Assembly: GCA_934097015.1 (NCBI GenBank)
Contig: CAKONF010000002.1
Location: forward strand, 4,214 to 68,213
Origin: an uncultured Bacilli bacterium
Lineage (GTDB): Bacteria; Bacillota_I; Bacilli_A; RF39; UBA660
DNA length: 64,000 nucleotides
Direction: 5' to 3'
Below, one piece after another: positions 1-9,431 of the stretch. The notes under the pieces were generated by a model, which saw only the letters and a program-made list of their open reading frames with translations, had not been told where the DNA came from and searched no databases. Both the position numbers and the translations under genes were made by a program. The stretch's first letter is position 1, and each line of letters begins with the position of its first letter.

Positions 1-78
1 TATTGAATCAATTGTTAGATCCAGTTTTTTTATAGGTTCACTAATTATCTCTTTAATTTTGTCTAATGTATTATCCAT
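1..78 (-). CDS. 5' end of a gene that runs off the left edge (26 codons visible; possibly RimP-like)
   Basis: ATG at 76-78 on the minus strand with GGAGGGA just upstream (81-87). MDNTLDKIKEIISEPIKKLDLTIDSI resembles RimP N-termini but is too short to be sure. Confidence 0.3.
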   Translation of the reverse strand, partial: MDNTLDKIKEIISEPIKKLDLTIDSI

Positions 79-170
79 ATTCCCTCCAAACATTAATAAA
101 AGTGGGATATTCTGCCCACTTAAATCTGTCAGTAGTATTATAACATTATTTTTTCTGTTTTGTAAAGTTT

Positions 171-800
171 TTATTTTAACTTTTCAACTATTAAGCTTCT
201 ACCGTGTCTTTCTTCGTATATGCAATAGCTTTCACTCATATTTTCTTTATATGAATCTAATATTTTTTTTAACATTTTTATAGTATTTAGTGAATAATTA
301 TCTAAATTATTAATATTTAAATCTTTTATTTCAGATATTTCTTTAAATAATATTTTATCATTTAACATTCCTAAAAATATATTGTATTTTTCTAACTCTT
401 TACTTTTTTCTTTTATTTTATCATTTTCATTACTATATTTTATTGTATTATATGGTATAGATAATAGTGATAAAGAAAAAATTGTTTCAAATATATATTT
501 TATATTATTTGTATCTTCTGCTATTAATGCTAATGCAGACATCATAGAAATTAATCCAGTAGATAATAATTTTATTATTAAATTTAGTTTATTATTCGTT
601 TTTAATGTTTTTATATCCATTAATTCATCTCTTGTTTTTGCTTCATCAATCATTCTTTCTAATATTTTTTCTTCTAAACTTTTATCATATTTCATACTAA
701 AACTACTTCCATCTAAATACTTCATAATTATTTTATTATCTTTTATTTCATATTTTTCTATTGTATCTTTTAATTCTTTTCCTTCATAACCAAATTTCAT
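171..800 (-). CDS. hypothetical membrane protein
   Basis: 209-aa ORF, last gene of the minus-strand run, with central hydrophobic segments (LIIKLLSTGLISMMSALALIA, IFSLSLLSIP). No recognisable motif. Confidence 0.5.
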   Translation of the reverse strand: MKFGYEGKELKDTIEKYEIKDNKIIMKYLDGSSFSMKYDKSLEEKILERMIDEAKTRDELMDIKTLKTNNKLNLIIKLLSTGLISMMSALALIAEDTNNIKYIFETIFSLSLLSIPYNTIKYSNENDKIKEKSKELEKYNIFLGMLNDKILFKEISEIKDLNINNLDNYSLNTIKMLKKILDSYKENMSESYCIYEERHGRSLIVEKLK

Positions 801-831
801 AAAAATCCTCCTAAAATTTATATTTATATTA

Positions 832-1599
832 TCATTCTATATTTAGATAGTCAAACTTTTTTAGATAATATTCTTCTTTTATTCCATTAATATAATTATA
901 CTTATTTTTGTAAATATTTTCTTTGTTTTTAACACTTATTATCCCATTGTGTTCTATATCATATATAATTCGTTCTAAATAAAATTTATTTAATATATAT
1001 TTATAATTTTTTATATAATTTATTAAATTAACTAATAGAAATATTATTATAAAATAATTATTTACCTTGTTTATATATAAGAAATAAAAAAACGTAATTA
1101 TTGAAATATAATTAAAAATAATACTAATATTCAAGCTTTTTTTAAATGGTAGTATCATTTCTAATATGCTATTAAATATTTTAAATCCATCTAGTGGGTA
1201 TATTGGAATAAGATTAAATAATATTATATATAAATTATATTTTTTGAATATAAAAAAGTATTTTGTGTTTATTATATTTATTTTTAAAAATATTATCATG
1301 ATTAAATAAAGTTTTATTTGTGCAATTATACCACCTAAACTTATTAGCAATATTTTTTTTGAATTTGTATTTATTAATATGTTTGAATCTATCATTCCAC
1401 CATATGGATGTAATGTTATTTTATTTACTTTAATATTATAATATTTAAAAATAATATAGTGACCAAGTTCATGAATTATTAAAATAATATATATGATTAT
1501 CATTTCTTTTATATAACCAGCTAAAATAGATAGTAATAAAAATAAGTAAGTAAATATATTTATTTTAAATAAATTTTTCATAATTAATATATTCACCAT
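832..1599 (-). CDS. M50 family site-2 metalloprotease (SpoIVFB-like)
   Basis: HELGH zinc motif inside a hydrophobic helix, second motif NLIPIYPLDG, and a multi-pass membrane profile. Confidence 0.8.
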   Translation of the reverse strand: MVNILIMKNLFKINIFTYLFLLLSILAGYIKEMIIIYIILIIHELGHYIIFKYYNIKVNKITLHPYGGMIDSNILINTNSKKILLISLGGIIAQIKLYLIMIIFLKINIINTKYFFIFKKYNLYIILFNLIPIYPLDGFKIFNSILEMILPFKKSLNISIIFNYISIITFFYFLYINKVNNYFIIIFLLVNLINYIKNYKYILNKFYLERIIYDIEHNGIISVKNKENIYKNKYNYINGIKEEYYLKKFDYLNIE

Positions 1600-2101
1600 T
1601 TTTTAAAAAGGTTAAATAAATATATTCATTTTTTGTTGTTCCAATTAAAACATCTTTTTCTATATAATCATATAAATTTATACTTAAGTTTTCTAAATTA
1701 CTATACCAATAATCGACTCCATCTGTACCTTGTATAATTACTGTGTTACCTAATTTTTCTTTTTCTCCAATGTATACAACTATTCCTCCACATAATGATT
1801 TCATATTATAATTTTTTCCTACATTTAATTTTACTCCATTTAAATACTTTTCTTTATCTAAGTATGTAAATTTATCACTCATTACTACTTTTTCATCATA
1901 TAAATCAAATGGTAAATATTTATTAATATATTTTTTATATATTTTATTAAAGAAAGTAAAGTTTATATTATTATTATAAACATTATTTTTAAACCATATT
2001 AAGTTTCTATCACTAAAATTACATATTATTGATATTGTTAAAAATAGTATTACACTTATTAAAAATCTTGTTATAAAACCTTTTATATATTTTTTTGCCA
2101 T
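1565..2101 (-). CDS. membrane-anchored protein with a degenerate LytM/M23 domain (SpoIVFA-like)
   Basis: N-terminal TM helix. The C-terminus GGIVVYIGEKEKLGNTVIIQGTDGVDYWYSNL...IYLTF follows the M23 fold pattern, but every catalytic His position is substituted (Q, S, Y/T). It overlaps the M50 gene start. Confidence 0.55.
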   Translation of the reverse strand: MAKKYIKGFITRFLISVILFLTISIICNFSDRNLIWFKNNVYNNNINFTFFNKIYKKYINKYLPFDLYDEKVVMSDKFTYLDKEKYLNGVKLNVGKNYNMKSLCGGIVVYIGEKEKLGNTVIIQGTDGVDYWYSNLENLSINLYDYIEKDVLIGTTKNEYIYLTFLKNGEYINYEKFI

Positions 2102-2137
2102 ATAATCACCAGTAAATTATATGAAAAAAAGAATAAA

Positions 2138-2518
2138 TTATATGTTATTCTCTATGATTTTTCTTTTTAAATTTAATTGCATATTTAGGTTATATAGTTT
2201 TTTTATTAATTCGAAGTATTCAAATTCATTAAAATATTCTTTATATTTTTTTTCTATGTTTAAAAGTATTCTATTTATTTCGTTAATCATCATGATACAA
2301 TCTTCTTTTATTGCTACATTACTTTCTATTATAAGTTTTACGGTAATTTCTGATTTTTTTATTTCTTTTGTTATTTTTTTTATAAGTATTTTGTTAATTA
2401 ATTTATTGTTAATAATATTTAGGTTAGTTATTTTTTTTCGTGGTTTAAATTTATATCCTTTTATGTTATCAATTTTATATTTTTTAAAATCATTATTTTT
2501 ATTTAATACTTCTTTCAT
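2138..2518 (-). CDS. hypothetical Lys/Asn-rich protein at the position usually held by rplS
   Basis: GAGGG RBS upstream of the ATG at 2518 and the same strand as the operon. The sequence is not L19-like. Confidence 0.4.
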   Translation of the reverse strand: MKEVLNKNNDFKKYKIDNIKGYKFKPRKKITNLNIINNKLINKILIKKITKEIKKSEITVKLIIESNVAIKEDCIMMINEINRILLNIEKKYKEYFNEFEYFELIKKLYNLNMQLNLKRKIIENNI

Positions 2519-2531
2519 TTTTACCCTCTGA

Positions 2532-3179
2532 CTATTTATTGTTTTTTGATAATTTTATTCTTTTTTGTTTTCTCCATTCATCTATTTTAGCATGATTTCC
2601 ATTTAATAATATATCTGGAACTTTTAATCCTCTATATTCTCTTGGTTTTGTGTATACAGGATAATCGAACATATCATCTTCAAAACTTTCACTAATTAAA
2701 CTTTCTTTATTTATAACTCCTTCAATTAATCTAATTACACTATCACTTATAACCATTGCTGGTAATTCTCCACCTGTTAGCACATAATCACCAATACTTA
2801 TTTCTAAGTCAACTATTGATTTTATTCTTTCATCAAAGCCTTCATAATGACCACACAATAGTATTAAATGCTTGTATGTGCTAAATTCTTTTGCTATTTT
2901 TTCTGTGTATTTTTTTCCATTAGGTGTAAGCATAACTACTACTGAATCTTCTGTTCTTATACTATCAATTGCATCAAAAATAGGTTGGCACATTAGAACC
3001 ATTCCTGCTCCACCACCATAAGGTGTATCATCCACTTGTTTATTGTTGCTAGTACTAAATTCTCTAAAATCAATTATTTCTACTTCAACCTTTTTCTTTT
3101 CTATAGCACGTTTTATAATTGATTCTTTTAAAAATCCTTCAAACATATTAGGAAAAAGTGTTAAAATACTTATTTTCAT
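2532..3179 (-). CDS. trmD: tRNA (guanine37-N1)-methyltransferase
   Basis: MKISILTLFPNMFEGFL..., DDTPYGGGAGMVL and GHYEGFDERI are hallmark TrmD motifs. Overlaps rimM by 4 nt. Confidence 0.95.
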   Translation of the reverse strand: MKISILTLFPNMFEGFLKESIIKRAIEKKKVEVEIIDFREFSTSNNKQVDDTPYGGGAGMVLMCQPIFDAIDSIRTEDSVVVMLTPNGKKYTEKIAKEFSTYKHLILLCGHYEGFDERIKSIVDLEISIGDYVLTGGELPAMVISDSVIRLIEGVINKESLISESFEDDMFDYPVYTKPREYRGLKVPDILLNGNHAKIDEWRKQKRIKLSKNNK

Positions 3180-3658
3180 ATTATCAATCCTTCTATATTT
3201 TGAACAATAATTTGTTTATTTTCTAAATCTACTTTTTTTATGTAATTAGCTTTTAAAGGTATATAATAATTCTTTTTATAATCTATTTTTAGTAAAGGGT
3301 TTATATCATTATTATAATCTTTTACTATTCCGTATACTGTATCATTTGATACAACATTTAATCCAATAAGATCACTTAATAAATATTCACTTTTTTTTAA
3401 ATTTAATGATATTCTACTAACATATACTTTTTTTCCTACATATTTTAAAACATCATTAATATTATTTAAATTGTCTATTGTTATCATATCAAATACTTTA
3501 TGAAATCTATAACTTGTTATAGTATGTTCTTCATTTTCTATTATTATTTTGTTTCCAACTTTAAATACTAAATCTTTTTTTTCAAAATCACTTAGTATTC
3601 TTAATTCACCTTTAATTCCATGAGTATTTACAATTTTTCCTACATATACTAAATCCAT
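3176..3658 (-). CDS. rimM: 16S rRNA processing protein RimM
   Basis: VGKIVNTHGIKGELRI N-terminus, typical size, and position upstream of trmD. Confidence 0.9.
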   Translation of the reverse strand: MDLVYVGKIVNTHGIKGELRILSDFEKKDLVFKVGNKIIIENEEHTITSYRFHKVFDMITIDNLNNINDVLKYVGKKVYVSRISLNLKKSEYLLSDLIGLNVVSNDTVYGIVKDYNNDINPLLKIDYKKNYYIPLKANYIKKVDLENKQIIVQNIEGLII

Positions 3659-5916
3659 TATATCCCTCTTTTCTTATCTATTATAACATAACTTAATTCT
3701 TTCTTTAAACAAAATAATATAATTATTAAAATTAAATGATTATAATTATTTATATCAATTTTTTTATTTTTACTAGTATTTGGAACATTATTAATTTGTA
3801 TATTTTCATTTAATAAATTTTTACTGGTTGTTTTATCTACTACAACTAAATTCGTTTCTTGTTTTGAAGTTAGAATTGTTTTATATAGTATCATTTTTTG
3901 ATATAGTTTTTTATCATTTATTATTATTTCTTTATCTAAACCATCAATTTTATATTTACCAACCAATAGATTATCAAATATTATTTGACCGTTATTGTCA
4001 GAATATTTTTCACTTATTATTTTTTTATCTTTTATTAATTTTATTAAAATATTTGATATTTTTTTGTTTGTTGTTTTATTTAAAACAATTAATTCTATTT
4101 TACCTTTTATTATGTTGCTATAAAAATTTATATTTATGTGTTGTTCGTTATTGAAATTAAAATAATATTTTTCATAATCTATCTCGTAATTAATATCATT
4201 TTTTATTTCTTTTAAATAATATTTATATCCATATTTAATTGGAATATTAAATATATTTATTTTCCCACTTATGTCAGTATAATATTTATTTATGAAAATA
4301 TCTTTATTTCCATTTTCTATATGCAATTCATATAAATGATTTTGTAGTGGAATATTAGATAGTTTATCTTTTTTTATAATTTCTATTGATCCTTTTTTTA
4401 GATTATTTTTTATATTTACAATTGCTTTATATTCATTATTTTTATTTATTTCAAAGTCAAATGTATTATTGTTAATATTATGATTTATATCTGTACTAAC
4501 TTGTTTTATATAATATTTTCCTATATAAAGATTATTAATTAGTGTATTATTTTCATAAGAATTTATTGTTTTTATTAACTCATCTTTTTTATGAATTAAA
4601 TTAGTTTCATTATCATAAATATTTTCTTTTGCATAAATTTTATAGTGAGAAAAATTTAGTGGAATGTATTTAAATTCTATGTTTTGTTTAGTTAAAAAAT
4701 CATTTTCTCCAATAGAATTTATTTTTACATTGCCACTTATTTCTTCTTTATAATAATTTATATTTAAAATTTTTCCTAGTATATTGTCATCATTAAAAAA
4801 TGTATTTTTATCTATTTTTATTTCTAATGGTGATTCATTGTAATAATAATTTTCATTTGTTTTAATTTCTTCTATTTGATAATTACTATATGGTAGATTA
4901 TCTACTACTACGTATCCATCACTACTCTCATATATACAATCATTATTTTTATTACATATGTATTTATTTTGTATTGTGTCTTTTAATTTAATTTTTATTT
5001 TTGTGTTTTTTATTATTTTATTTGTTTTAGCATTAATAAAATTTATTTTTATTTTGTTTCCTGAACCTTCATCATTAATTATTTTTTTTATATCTTGTTC
5101 GTTTGGAACATTTATTTCTATGTTAGGTAATTTTCTTTTGTTGCTAGATGTATAAACATGTTCTATTATCCATACGCCATATGGTAATGTAAAGTCTAGT
5201 ACACCATTTGAATTCATGATTATATTTCTTTTATATAAATTATTTGTTTTTTTATGATATATATTAAACATTAGGAAAGGTTCTGTACTTATGATTCCTA
5301 TATTTGATCTTTCTAGGTGAATATTAGATTTAATTAATTCACTATATATATTTATTCTTGTTTGTAAATATGTGCCTGTATAAAATGATTTATATGAGTT
5401 ATTTTCTTTATAACCTTTGCTTGCTTTTATTTCTTTTAAATAATAAAATGTATTTTTTTCTAATATATTTTCACTTTCTGCATATCCATTTTCATTAGTT
5501 TTTATAGTTGCTACATAATTTTTATTTGAATCTAATATTTCATATATTGCATTTTCTAAAGTTGCATCTCCTATTTTTGTTTTATCATTGTTATCTTTAT
5601 CATAAATTTTAACTAGTAATTTTATTCCATTTACAACTATTTTGGTTTTTATTATTTCTATGTTATTTTCTTTTATAACTAAATTTGTTTCTCCATTTTT
5701 TTTACCAGTTATTATTAGATGATTGTTGTTATTTTGAATCTCTATTATATTGTCGTCATAATAGATATTTTCATCTAATATTTTTTTATTTAAATTTATT
5801 GTAATTGATTCTTTTAGAAATAAATCATATTCACTCTTAATATTTTCTCCTCTCACAATTTTTGGAAATATACCAATTAATAAAAATATAATACTGTACA
5901 CTAAAATTTTTTTCAT
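3658..5916 (-). CDS. secreted cell-surface protein with repeated Cna-B/SpaA-type (prealbumin-like) domains
   Basis: Signal peptide MKKILVYSIIFLLIGIFPKIVRG. Recurring ...YYLKEIKASKGY / YQIEEIKTNENY / YYLKEIKNDINY modules. The C-terminus has VPNTS, then a hydrophobic stretch HLILIIILFCL, then KKE. Confidence 0.75.
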   Translation of the reverse strand: MKKILVYSIIFLLIGIFPKIVRGENIKSEYDLFLKESITINLNKKILDENIYYDDNIIEIQNNNNHLIITGKKNGETNLVIKENNIEIIKTKIVVNGIKLLVKIYDKDNNDKTKIGDATLENAIYEILDSNKNYVATIKTNENGYAESENILEKNTFYYLKEIKASKGYKENNSYKSFYTGTYLQTRINIYSELIKSNIHLERSNIGIISTEPFLMFNIYHKKTNNLYKRNIIMNSNGVLDFTLPYGVWIIEHVYTSSNKRKLPNIEINVPNEQDIKKIINDEGSGNKIKINFINAKTNKIIKNTKIKIKLKDTIQNKYICNKNNDCIYESSDGYVVVDNLPYSNYQIEEIKTNENYYYNESPLEIKIDKNTFFNDDNILGKILNINYYKEEISGNVKINSIGENDFLTKQNIEFKYIPLNFSHYKIYAKENIYDNETNLIHKKDELIKTINSYENNTLINNLYIGKYYIKQVSTDINHNINNNTFDFEINKNNEYKAIVNIKNNLKKGSIEIIKKDKLSNIPLQNHLYELHIENGNKDIFINKYYTDISGKINIFNIPIKYGYKYYLKEIKNDINYEIDYEKYYFNFNNEQHININFYSNIIKGKIELIVLNKTTNKKISNILIKLIKDKKIISEKYSDNNGQIIFDNLLVGKYKIDGLDKEIIINDKKLYQKMILYKTILTSKQETNLVVVDKTTSKNLLNENIQINNVPNTSKNKKIDINNYNHLILIIILFCLKKELSYVIIDKKRGI

Positions 5917-5920
5917 ATTA

Positions 5921-5962
5921 TTTCTCCTTTCACTTTATATTATTGTGAAAAAATTTGCTTTT
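5921..5962. repeat. copy 1 of a ~40-bp promoter-like direct repeat (CAC(T)TTATATTATTGTGAAAAAATTTGC[T/A]TTTCCTTTTTTT)
   Basis: Near-identical to 6668-6708. Lies immediately 5' (minus sense) of the surface-protein start. Confidence 0.8.
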
Positions 5963-6145
5963 CCTTTTTTTTATTGCATTTTTTTGAAAAAAAATTTATG
6001 TTTTTTACAAATATTATTTTTTTGTATCAAAATAGTTAATGATTATTAAAATTTGTATGTAAAATAGTGGTATACCTTTTGTAAAAGTGCTGTTATGTTT
6101 ATGTAAATAAAAATTGATAGTTTTTTATTCTATCAATTCTTTAAC

Positions 6146-6637
6146 TTATAAATTTATAAGTTGTTTTTCTGTTATATTAGTTAGTTTCATAATCTTTTCA
6201 TTTGAAAATCCATCTAATTTAAGATTTCTAGCAATTTCAAATTGTTTTGCTTCTTGTCCTTTGTTCAAACTTTTCTCTCTTTTCATTCTCATGAAACTTT
6301 TCTTCATCAAACGCTGGAAATATTTCTCCATTTTCATATACCATTTTAAACATTCTTATCACTCCTTCTATATTTTCTTCTTTTATTTCTTTTCTTAATA
6401 TTTCTATATTAGTCTCTACAAATATTAAATAGTTTTTTTCTATATTTGTTAATGTATTCTTGTTATAATATCTCTTTCTTAAATAGTCAAGATTTATTCT
6501 ACTTGTATGTTTGGATACAAACTAAACATACTATTATTAACTAATAATTTTACACATATATTTAAATACCAACATTACTAACAAATATTCTTTTAAAAAA
6601 AGTATCATATAAAATATTTTTCATTAAAATTTTACTC
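6146..6637 (-). pseudogene. remnant of an Rpn/YhgA-like PD-(D/E)XK nuclease (putative transposase) gene
   Basis: AAAGGAG RBS plus MKNILYDTFFKRIFVSNVGI then a stop. Downstream frames give ...INLDYLRKRYY... and a C-terminus ...NKGQEAKQFEIARNLKLDGFSNEKIMKLTNITEKQLINL, typical of Rpn-family tails. The total span (~490 nt) is far shorter than an intact ~900-nt gene. Confidence 0.5.
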
Positions 6638-6667
6638 CTTTCTAGAATCGTATATAAATATACTCTA

Positions 6668-6708
6668 CACTTATATTATTGTGAAAAAATTTGCATTTCC
6701 TTTTTTTC
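6668..6708. repeat. copy 2 of the ~40-bp promoter-like direct repeat
   Basis: Matches 5921-5962 with 2-3 differences. Lies 5' (minus sense) of the Rpn remnant. Confidence 0.8.
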
Positions 6709-6793
6709 TTTAATTTTTTAAAAAAATTTAAAAAAATATACCAATATAAAATATTGGCATATAAAATTTACAGATATATAAATTCTTACATTA

Positions 6794-8092
6794 TTACTTT
6801 TGTTTATTTTTTGGTTTAATGACTAAAATGCTTTCTTTAATATTTTTTAAATTTTTTGCAATTTCATTAATCATTTTAATATTAATTTTATCATATAAAT
6901 CCATATAATTATCAATAAACTTACCATATAAAATTATATTATCTTGTATATTGTTATTAACTAATTCTATATCGTCAAAGTGTAATATATAATTAGATTT
7001 ATATACTTTTAATTTTCTTTCTAAAGTTTCTTCTTCTATAGAAATGCTATTTAATGTTTCTCTTATATATTTAATTAAAGTATCAGGATAATCTGTTTCA
7101 GTTGTAATACTAGCAATAATGAAATCTTTTGTAAATGTTTTATTAACATTAATACCATTTTGAATAACTTTTGATGATATTAATTTATCCTGTAAAAGAC
7201 TAGTATTACCAAATAATATATTAAATAGTATAGATATATAACTGTTTAATTCTATATCAGATAAATTTAATTTTTTAAATATCTTTCTAGGTATTTTATA
7301 AGAAACACTTATTTTATTTGTATCTACATTCATTTCTTTTTCTTCATATTTTTTATCAACTTTGTTTACTTCATTTATTTCTTTATTATTAATGATAACA
7401 TTTTTAAATTCTTTTTTGTTTTGGTTAGATTCAATAATTCCAATTGCTTCATATGGATTTACTTTTCCTGTAATTATAACAAACATATTATTTGGGTTAT
7501 AAAATGTATCATAACAATCATATAGATTGTCTTTTGTTATTTTTTTTATATCATTAATTGTTCCACTTATTAAGTTTTTTCTATTATCGTTTATAAAAAT
7601 ATTTTTGTATGAACTATATGCTAATTCTGTATTAGGATTATTATCATACATTTTTATTTCTTCACTTATTATTCCTCTTTCATTATTAACTAATTCATTA
7701 GTGAAATATGGTGTTTGTACGTAATCTAATAAATAATTTAAATTTTCTTTAAAATATGTAGATGAATGTACTTCATAACAAGTTAAGTCATATGTTGTAA
7801 ATGCGTTCACACTACTTCCTAATTTAGAAAAATAATCAAATGCTGTTCCATCTTCCATATTAAACATTAAATGTTCTAAATAGTGAGCAATACCATTTGG
7901 TACTTTTTTAAATGATTTTTCAGTTGAGGTTTTAAATTCTGTATTTATTGAACCAAATTTAGTTGTGAATGTAATATAAAAGTTTTTTTGGTAAACATTT
8001 GGAACTATATATACTTCTAATCCATTGTTTAATTTTTCATAATATAAAGTTTCATTAGTTTTATTAATTTTTATTTCTTTCATTTTCACCAT
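6794..8092 (-). CDS. M16 (insulinase/pitrilysin) family zinc peptidase, active-type subunit
   Basis: HxxEH motif present (IAHYLEHLMF). ~430 aa and paired with a second M16 gene. Confidence 0.85.
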   Translation of the reverse strand: MVKMKEIKINKTNETLYYEKLNNGLEVYIVPNVYQKNFYITFTTKFGSINTEFKTSTEKSFKKVPNGIAHYLEHLMFNMEDGTAFDYFSKLGSSVNAFTTYDLTCYEVHSSTYFKENLNYLLDYVQTPYFTNELVNNERGIISEEIKMYDNNPNTELAYSSYKNIFINDNRKNLISGTINDIKKITKDNLYDCYDTFYNPNNMFVIITGKVNPYEAIGIIESNQNKKEFKNVIINNKEINEVNKVDKKYEEKEMNVDTNKISVSYKIPRKIFKKLNLSDIELNSYISILFNILFGNTSLLQDKLISSKVIQNGINVNKTFTKDFIIASITTETDYPDTLIKYIRETLNSISIEEETLERKLKVYKSNYILHFDDIELVNNNIQDNIILYGKFIDNYMDLYDKINIKMINEIAKNLKNIKESILVIKPKNKQK

Positions 8093-9338
8093 CTCTTACA
8101 CACAAAATTGTATTTAATTTTATTTTTTTTGCAAATTCTATTATATCTTTTTTAGAAACACTGTTATATTTATTAATTCTAGTTTCTAATTTTTCTAGTC
8201 CAAATAAATTTTCAAATACATAATTGTCTACTATTCTACCTGGTACATCTAATGACATATTAAGTGTAGTTGTAATTAATTTTTTTGCATTATCAATTTC
8301 TTCTTCTGTTATATTTCCTTTTACCATATCATTTAGTGCTTGCTTCATTAATTTTATTGCAACAGTTTCATTTTCTGTTGAAACTGCTGTATGAAGTATT
8401 AATAAATTATCAAATTTTTGATATAAACTGACACAATTATAGCAAAGAGAATTTTCATTTCTTAGTCTGTTATATAATTTTGTTTCAAGTGATCCTCCAC
8501 CTAATATCATATTATAGACGTGAGCAACATAATTTTTTTCATATTCTGTCATATTGTTTACATTAAGTCCCATACATATATTTTCTTGACTAAATGGATA
8601 ATATTCATATATTTTTTGAGGCTTTTTTAATGATTTATTTTTTATATTATAATAAACTTTATGTGATTTTAATATATTTATTTTAAAATTATTTTTTATA
8701 ATAGTAGATACTTTATCCATATCAATATCACCTATTATATAAATATCTATATAATCGTGTTTTAACATTTCTTTATAGTATTCATATAAATTACTATTAG
8801 TAATTAAATATAAATCTTCTATATAACCATTAATGTTAATTCTACTTTCTGTATCTTTACACATTTTACTTAGAAGTTTACTAATTGAGTAATTTTTTGG
8901 ATCTTCAACTATTGAATCTATATCTTTTCTTATTCTTTCTTTAACATAATTAAAAGTTGTTATATCAAATTCGTTATCATTTACATTGGGATTTAGTATT
9001 GCTGCAATTGGAAATTTTATAAAATTATCTAGTTTTTCATTTACTAAATTAGGATTTATAAAATCAAAACAAAAACTAGTAAGTACACTACTTCCTACTC
9101 TATTTGTGATTCCATAAAAATATGCATTATATAAGTTTTCTAATTCTATAGACATTTTGCATCTTGTATTATATTTTTTAGTATTTTCAACTATCATTTC
9201 TGTTAAAAAACTTCTTTTTGTAATATCTTCTTTTATTATATTATTTCTAAATATTATTTCCATATGACATGTTTTAAATTTATCAGTTTTTATTGTATGT
9301 ATATTATAAGTATTAGTTTTAAATGTTTTATATATCAT
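8064..9338 (-). CDS. M16 family peptidase-like protein, probably the non-catalytic partner
   Basis: Same length and architecture as the neighbour, with no HxxEH motif visible. Overlaps the downstream M16 gene by 29 nt. Confidence 0.7.
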   Translation of the reverse strand: MIYKTFKTNTYNIHTIKTDKFKTCHMEIIFRNNIIKEDITKRSFLTEMIVENTKKYNTRCKMSIELENLYNAYFYGITNRVGSSVLTSFCFDFINPNLVNEKLDNFIKFPIAAILNPNVNDNEFDITTFNYVKERIRKDIDSIVEDPKNYSISKLLSKMCKDTESRININGYIEDLYLITNSNLYEYYKEMLKHDYIDIYIIGDIDMDKVSTIIKNNFKINILKSHKVYYNIKNKSLKKPQKIYEYYPFSQENICMGLNVNNMTEYEKNYVAHVYNMILGGGSLETKLYNRLRNENSLCYNCVSLYQKFDNLLILHTAVSTENETVAIKLMKQALNDMVKGNITEEEIDNAKKLITTTLNMSLDVPGRIVDNYVFENLFGLEKLETRINKYNSVSKKDIIEFAKKIKLNTILCVRDGENERNKN

Positions 9339-9431
9339 AATGCACCTCTTTTATATTATGTGTAAACATAATAAATTTATAATTAAATTATATCATAATT
9401 GTTGATATAATTATATTAGGAGTGTGATATT

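Noticed and set aside
382-789. Plus-strand ORFs of 60-136 aa scattered through the window, for example 382..789, 2121..2531, 21970..22353, 28788..29069 and 61323..61730.
   Set aside because: All are antisense to longer minus-strand genes with recognisable motifs. They are Phe/Leu/Ile/Ser-rich and lack Shine-Dalgarno sequences.
1565-2101. Calling this ORF an active M23 peptidoglycan endopeptidase.
   Set aside because: All positions corresponding to the HxxxD and HxH zinc ligands are substituted. It is annotated as a degenerate LytM (regulatory/scaffold) protein.
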